The notes under the pieces: model-generated
What the model was told of the DNA's origin: nothing
Databases searched by the model: none
Seen by the model: the letters and a program-made list of their open reading frames with translations, nothing else
Origin: Macrostomum hystrix
Taxonomy: Eukaryota > Animalia > Platyhelminthes
Length of the DNA stretch: 64,000 bases
Direction of reading: 5' to 3'
Assembly: GCA_950097015.1 (NCBI GenBank)
Contig: CATNEN010000010.1
Location: forward strand, 2,232,001 to 2,296,000
Program-made: the position numbers and the translations under genes
Part shown: piece by piece, positions 57,381-64,000 of the stretch
Numbering within the stretch: position 1 is the first letter of the stretch
How the letters are laid out: each line of letters begins with the position of its first letter

Positions 57381-60300
57381 CTGCTGGCGGCGAAGAGCTC
57401 TGGCCTCAGCTGCCAGGTCGGCTGGTAGAGCGGCGATGGTGGCGTCGTCCATCTCGGACAGAACCTCACGCCGAAGAGCCGGTGTCAGCGTGGCCAGGAA
57501 GGCATTGGGATCGAAGGCCTCCTCCGGTTGGGCGGCAGCGCTGCTGCTAGGCCCGGCCTGCTCGCGGCTCACCTGGCAGGAAAATTCAGCAGTTTATTAT
57601 TTTAGCGTACGCTCAGATGCTAAGGAAGAAAAGTGACAAGGTCTTATGGCTATCGAATTCTCACCTGCTGAAGCACCTCTTCGGCAATGCTGGGCGGCAG
57701 GGCAGCCAGGAACTCCGGATTGAGATCGGCGGCGCCAGTCTGCTGTTGAAGTCGACGGAGCCGAAGCTGCTCGCCGATGATCTCCTGGCGAAGCTCCTCC
57801 GGCAGGGCCTCCAGGAAGGTGGGATCAACGTCGCCAAGCAGATAGGGCGTGTCGGATGACGAATTTGATAGACCAGCTCCGGCTCCGGCCGCAGCGCCTC
57901 CGACGGCACCTTCTTCAGCTGACGCCTCAGCCTGGGCGCCGCCAGATGCACCTTCGACGACAACTGAGTCAGCGGCATCTGAAGTGGCAGCGGCAACTAC
58001 GGCTCGAACAAGATTCGCCTCTTCTTCAGGCTCTGCTGACGCTTCATTATGCTGCTGCTGTGAGTCAACATCAGCGTCCGTTTCCATGGGAACAGGCACG
58101 GGCTGAGCCGGCTCTTCGACAACAACAGCCGATGACGCTGGCGGTGGCGTCGGCGGCGGCATGGGCTCAGCAACAATGGGCACCAGCGGAGGCGGCCGTG
58201 ACGGCTGCGACAGCGCCAAATCCTCAGAGGAGTCGGCCAGCGCCCCGGTGGATTGCGGCTCGTCCTCTTCCGTGGCATTCGCCTCATCGGCAGCGGTCGC
58301 ATAATCGTCATCCTCTTCCTGCTCCTCATCCTCCTCCGCTGCTTCGCTTGGCTGCTCTGGTGGCTGCGACTCCTGCTGCTGTACCAGCGAGACAGCGGCC
58401 GCGGCTGCCTCCCTAGCGCGCTGCACCTGCTGCTGCTGCTGCTGCTTGGCTGCTTGCTGCTTGGCTAGATCAGAGCGGCGCGATTCCAGCTCGGTTTGCC
58501 GCTCGACCTCCAAAGCGGAGGCCACTTCGTACCTGGCCAGGCAGAGAAGGTCGCCCAGCTCGCGGCCGGACAGCAGGCGCACCAACTCGGCCCAGCGGCT
58601 CAGCAGACCCGGCTCCTGCTGCTGTTCAGTCAGCTCCCGCATCAGCTGGTGTACCGGATAGTCGCCACCGGATTCCACCGTCAGCCGCTCCATGCTGGCC
58701 AGAGCCTCGTGCGGGCCCTGCCGAAGGGCGTTGCTGCGAACAAGCGGCGGCCGGTCCGGACTGACGTAGTGAAAGATGGTGGCCTCCTGCTGCTCAGGCG
58801 ACTGCTGATGCCCACCGGTGGCGGACCCAGCGGAGGCTACGTCAACTGCAGCGCCAGACAGCAGCGAGTGCTGCAGGGGGCTAGACCAGCGGGCCACATG
58901 GCTCAGCTGGTCCATGCCGTCCGCTAGCGCCTGTCCCAGCAGATTGTAGGGCGAGGAAGCTCCGGCTGCACCGGCGGAGCCGTTTCCACCGAGGCCGCCG
59001 ACACCACCAGCTCCACCGCCTCCGCCGCCGCCAGCGCCAACTCGTCCACCGCGATGTGCGGCGTGCCGGGCACGGTAGCCGCCGTAGGGCATGAGAACGT
59101 GGCTGCGGTAGTTGCGCATCTGCATGTAGTTGACTCTTGGTGCGGCCAGGCGCTGGCGAATGTCCTGATAGCCGCCTGCCAGCTGAAACACGGCCTCCAG
59201 ATCGTTGCTGAGGTCGTCGTCTTCTCCCAACTCACCGAGCTGCACTCGCACCAGGTCGCCGAGTCGCTCATCCTCGTCGGTGTCGTCTTCGCTCTCCGGC
59301 ATGGACAGCTCAGCGCCTCCATCCGCATCCATCATCTCTTCTTCTTCCTCCTCTTCGTCCTCTTCCTCGTCCTCTTCGTGTTCTTCTTCTTCTTCGTCTT
59401 CGTCTTCTTCTTCCTCCTCTTCATCGTCCTCGATCATCAGATTGTCTTCGTTGGGTTCTGCGTCGGCATCAGCCGTGTCATCGCCGCCAGCTCCGGCGGA
59501 TTCACTTGGCGTGGCTGCTTCGGCAGCGTGAGAATTAGCTGCGGCGGCCTCCAGCACGTTGAGACGGTCGGCCAGAGACTGCAGGGCGTTGTCAAATTCA
59601 GCTGCCGCCACACGGGCCGCAGTGTCAACCTCGGCGCTTACCGGCGGCGACTCCAGCTGTGGCGGCGGAGGCGGCGGCAGTGGCGGTAGCATAGACGAAT
59701 GAGCTAGCGCTGCCGCTGAGGAAACTGCTGGCGGCACTGACGCCGCGGTTGTTAACGGATTAACCGCCGGAGCGTCAGGACGGGAACTCTGATCAGCTTC
59801 CTGCTGCCGATGACCATCAGCAGCGTCATCATCATCTTCTTCTTCGTCGTCTTCGTCGTCATCGTCATTGCCGAGGGCAATCATGTGCCTGCCTCCGCCA
59901 GCGCTATTGGAATAGGCAGATGCGGCGTGGTCGCTGATGAGGCCCCCAAGGCGGGCCTGGACTCGCCGCTCGCCCAGCAGGCCGAACAGACTGGCCACGC
60001 CAGAGTTGGCGTTGTCCGAGTAGCGCAGCAGCAGGTGGTTGGCTAGGGCCGGGTCGCCTAGTAGGAGTTCATGATAGCCATCGAATGCGTGATAGTCCTT
60101 CCGTCTGGTGTCCTCCTGGCACAGGTCGCAGAGGAAGTGCAGCGTGGTCAGCAGGTGGCAGAGCAGCTCTCGGCCGGCCTTGACGCCGCTGTCTATGGCC
60201 AGCGGCAGGCGAACCAAGTCAGCCAGGAGGCCGCGCCGCTGCCCGGTGCGGGCGATGGGCGTGGCCAGGGCCTGAACGAGGTTGACGAGGCTGAACAGTG

Positions 60301-63300
60301 CAGTGCACCTGGAGTCGGGATCGGGCAAGTGGACGGCCTGGTGCAGCGCAGAGCGTAGCTCGGCCACCAGACCGTTGATAGTGTCGGCATCGTGGGCGCA
60401 GGCGTTGACTGCCTCTTCAAGCAGGCAGAAGCAGAGGCCGTGCTCGGCCGAGTCGCATCGGTTCTGCACAGCAAAGCGGTCAACAAGGCGGGACAGGCAG
60501 GGCTGGCGAAGCAGGTAGCTTGCAACGACAGTGTAGCACCTGGTGGGTTGGGGTGAGGCGTAGCAAATGGCATTTTAGATTATCGTTGTTAGGGTATATG
60601 TACCACAGTGAAGTGGGTTCGAATCCACGACTGCTACCCAATAAAGGAGTCAGAAGCAATCCCAATAAAGTGCATGGGCTCACCTGGCCAAATCAATCAG
60701 CAAGGTGAGGGCGAACTTGCGGCAGGCAGACTGCTGCTTGGCATCGGAAATAGCGTCGCCATTGGCTGCTGCTGCTGCGGCGGCGACTGCATCTGGCCCG
60801 GACTCTTCGCTGCTGGTATCCGAGCGGTTGCTAGGCGGAGACTGCTGCTGGAAGGCGGCTGCCAGGCCCGGACCGGGCTGGTCCTGAAGCACAGCGTCTA
60901 GCAGCATCGAGAGCAGGCCGGTTTGCCAGTCGCGAAGCGGCGGTGGAGACGGCTGAGGCGGAGCAGTGCTGCGCTCCTGAGTCTGAGGGTATGCGGCGGT
61001 ATTAGGCGATTGAGCAGACGAAAGCTTTCCGCATATCGGAATATATTTTGAATCATGGAGACTATCATGGCAAAACCAGAGTTTGAATCATGGCTAAACC
61101 AGAGTTTGAATCATGGCTAAACCAGAGTTTGAATCATGGCTAAACCAGAGTTTGAATCTTGGCAAAATTTTTCTTTTGTCATTGAATTGAATTCTCTACA
61201 TTTAGATTTTGTTATCTTATAACGTCATAATGATTTATATTTGTATGATAATAATTTTGCCTATTATTCATTTAATGTTGTTCGTCTCAATTTTCTACAA
61301 AAGCAGCTAAAATAAAAATTCAACTGAGGAACATTGTCAACTGGGGATCATCATCAATGGGGGATCATTGTCAACTGGGGGAACATTGTCAACTGGGTAT
61401 ATGTGTCAACTGGGTGATCATCATTAACTGGGGGATCATTGTCAACTGGGTGATCATCATCAACTGGGGGATCATTGTCAACTGGGGGATCATTGTCAAC
61501 TGGGTATATGTGTCAACTGGGTGATCATCATCAACTGGTGGATCATTGTCAACTGGGTGATCATCATCAACTGGGGGATCATTGTCAACTGGGGGATCAT
61601 TGTCAACTGGGGGAACATTGTCAACTGGGATCATCATCAATGGTGAGTCATCATCAAATGGGGAATCATGGTCAACTGGGAGATAATTGTCAACTGGGGG
61701 ATCATTGTCAACTGGGGGATCATTGTCAACTGGGTGATCATCATCAACTGGGGATCATTGTCAACTGGGGGAACATTGTCAACTGGGGATCATCATCAAT
61801 GGGGAATCATCATCAAATGGGTGGATCATGGTCAACTGGGGGATCATTGTCAACTGGGTGATCATCATCAACTGGGGATCATTGTCAACTGGGGGAACAT
61901 TGTCAACTGGGGATCATCATCAATGGGGAATCATCATCAAATGGGTGGATCATGGTCAACTGGGGGAACATTGTCAACTGGGGGATCATTGTCAACTGGG
62001 GGATCATCATCAACTGGGGATCATTGTAGCTTTAAAAAAGCTGAAAATACAGCTGCTGAAAAGTATATACTGGACGAATTAAAAACATTTCTCGTCCTTA
62101 AAGGGGGGGCAAAACTTGCTAGTTGTATTCTACATTTGTATATTTTGAACTTTGAATGTTAGCAGTTGCGAGAAAAACAAAGAAATTGCAGCGCATACAA
62201 ACCTACTGGCAAGTAGGATGATCAGAACGATTAGAACACAATTGTTACTAAAATACTGACCTGATACTGAATCCGCTCAGAGCCGCCTTCCCTGAGAGCG
62301 GCGCTGTCAATCGCCAGCGATGCCAGCTGCTGCAAGGCCTCACAGGTGGGATGATAGGCCCGGTACAGAGACGGACTAAGCACGGCCAGCATGTAGTGCA
62401 GATCCTTGGCACCGGGGGTGCGGCCGGAGACGCCGAGCAGGCGAGAGCTCGGCGCCCCGGTGCGCAGGTAGCGCCTCACGAGGCCGGAGGCGGCGTAGGC
62501 AACGGCGTCAGCGTCCTGGAAGGCGGCGTGCAAAGCCAGGCAGCAGAGGTGCTGCACAGCGGCGCCCTGGCCAGCCAGTGACAGCAGGCGGTCGGCGAGG
62601 CCGGCGGAGCAGCAGAGCTCAGCGGCCAGGCTGGGATCGGCACACAGGAGCCTGATGAGCAGCTGCAGGGCGGCCTCCAGCCGAGAGGCGCCGGCGCCAG
62701 GCCGCAGGAAGGACAGAAGTTGCCTGCGAGGGGTAAAAAGAGGTGAAAGAGGTGGGTCGGCTTTAGGCAGGGTTTTAATTATGGGTGTGGGAAAGCAGAG
62801 TGGGTAGGTGCAGGATGGGTGTTAGATAGGTGCAGGATGGGTGTGGGATAGGTGCTGGATAGGTGTGGGATAGGTGCTGGATAGGTGTGGGATAGGTGCA
62901 GGATAGGTGTGGGATGGGTGCTGGATAGGTGTGGGATAGGTGCAGGATGGGTGTGGGATAGGTGCTGGATAGGTGTGGGATAGGTGCAGGATGGGTGTGG
63001 GATAGGTGCTGGATAGGTGTGGGATAGGTGCAGGATGGGTGTGGGATAGGTGCTGGATGGGTGTGGGATAAGTGCTGGATGGGTGTGGGATAGGTGCAGC
63101 ATGGGTGTGGGATAGGTGCAGCATGGGTGAGGGATAGGTGCAGCATGGGTGTGGGATAGGTGCAGCATGGGTGTGGGATAGGTGCAGCATGGGTGTGGGA
63201 TAGGTGCAGCATGGGTGTGGGATAGGTGCAGCATGGGTGTGGGATAGGTGCAGCATGGGTGAGGGATAGGTGTCGGAAAGCAGTGGAATTTACGTGGGAT

Positions 63301-63922
63301 AAGTGCGATATTCCAGAGTGGGATAATAATGAGAATGAGGTGGTAACAATTAAGCCTACCTAGCTAGGATCTCCCGCTCAGCGGGTGACATTGGCTCGGG
63401 CGTCAGCTCAGCATCGGCAGGCGCTGCAGACGCCGAAGGCTCGCCAGACTCGGTCGGGCAGAGCAGCAGGGCTCGGCCAGAGTTCTCAGTGAACTGAGCC
63501 GGCAGTGTCAGCATGGCCACGCGGCGGCCAACCAGCTGGGGGAAGCGGCACAAGTGCCGACCATCGCGCCAGGCCCGGTCCAGCACAGCTGCTCGCTCAG
63601 CAGTCATAGACTCCCAGACGCCGATTCTCTCGTCAAGAGCCGCCCAGGAGGTCAGGCGAGAGGTGCGTTCCAGAACGCGGCGTCGAATCTGCAATGCCGA
63701 GGCGAGACGCTCGTGCGCGTCGACCAGCAAGCAGAGGCTGTCGAAGGCGGCGGCGGAGTCGGCAGCCGGTGGCCGCGTGAGGGCCTGGTAGCAGAGAGGT
63801 AGCAGGCGGTGCCGGACAGCCTGCTGGGCGCAGGTGAGCTTGCACCGGTGGCACAGCAGCAGCACCAGCTGCAGCATGCGAGGCTGTTCGCGGCAACTGG
63901 CCGAAAAGTCAGACAGGGCAGC
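53492..63922 (-). CDS. HUWE1: HECT E3 ubiquitin ligase HUWE1 (Tom1/Mule family), 5'-partial, ~2597 aa in window
   Basis: Exons 63922-63360, 62723-62261, 60982-60684, 60539-57665, 57572-54951, 54851-54174, 53907-53717, 53594-53492 (7794 nt, GT-AG, phase-consistent). Acidic tract; UBM-type repeats [57 protein letters not shown]; HECT motifs [79 protein letters not shown]. Confidence 0.95.
53955..54115. repeat. 30-bp minisatellite GTCATTACCCGTTCTCAGGTGATTTGGTAG, ~5 copies
   Basis: Within the 266-nt HUWE1 intron 54173-53908. Confidence 0.9.
61057..61163. repeat. 23-bp minisatellite CATGGCTAAACCAGAGTTTGAAT, ~4 copies
   Basis: Direct reading. Confidence 0.85.
61331..62026. repeat. ~18-bp minisatellite GTCAACTGGGGGATCATT with ATCATC variants
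   Basis: HUWE1 intron 62260-60983. Confidence 0.92.
62783..63271. repeat. 22-bp G-rich minisatellite GGGTGTGGGATAGGTGCAG(C/G)AT, ~21 copies
   Basis: HUWE1 intron 63359-62724. Confidence 0.93.
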
Positions 63923-64000
63923 CTGGAAAGCGTGGATTGAAAAATAGGTTTGGGAAGGCTGTGATGAAATGCATACCATGCTGTGTTGCATGAGGGATGG

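Noticed and set aside
54775-60901. Plus-strand ORFs over HUWE1 (e.g. 54775-55728, 59054-59689)
   Set aside because: Antisense shadows with no recognisable domains.

Overview
Eukaryotic (animal) genomic DNA with GC-rich exons and introns packed with minisatellites. The composition resembles the flatworm Macrostomum lignano, but that is inference from style, not a database match. I hand-spliced five intron-containing genes using GT-AG sites and phase continuity. On the + strand: CDC20/fizzy (1800-6304, with a 1-nt frameshift at ~5266) and an NCX/SLC8 Na+/Ca2+ exchanger (9068-20860, 890 aa). On the - strand: a small stand-alone protein with two degenerate cyclic-nucleotide-binding-like domains (25897-23513, 332 aa), a stomatin/MEC-2-like band-7 gene (50479-27553, 358 aa over 23 kb), and the 3' ~2600 codons of HUWE1 (63922-53492; the 5' end lies beyond the window). 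Roughly a third of the window (hand estimate ~22 kb) is ~35 different tandem arrays with units of 2-43 bp. All lie in introns or intergenic DNA, each has a locally unique unit, and several abut splice sites. Also present: two tRNA-derived SINE-like elements and a short interstitial (CCCTAA)n tract. Most long ORFs in the supplied track are repeat read-through or antisense shadows of real genes.
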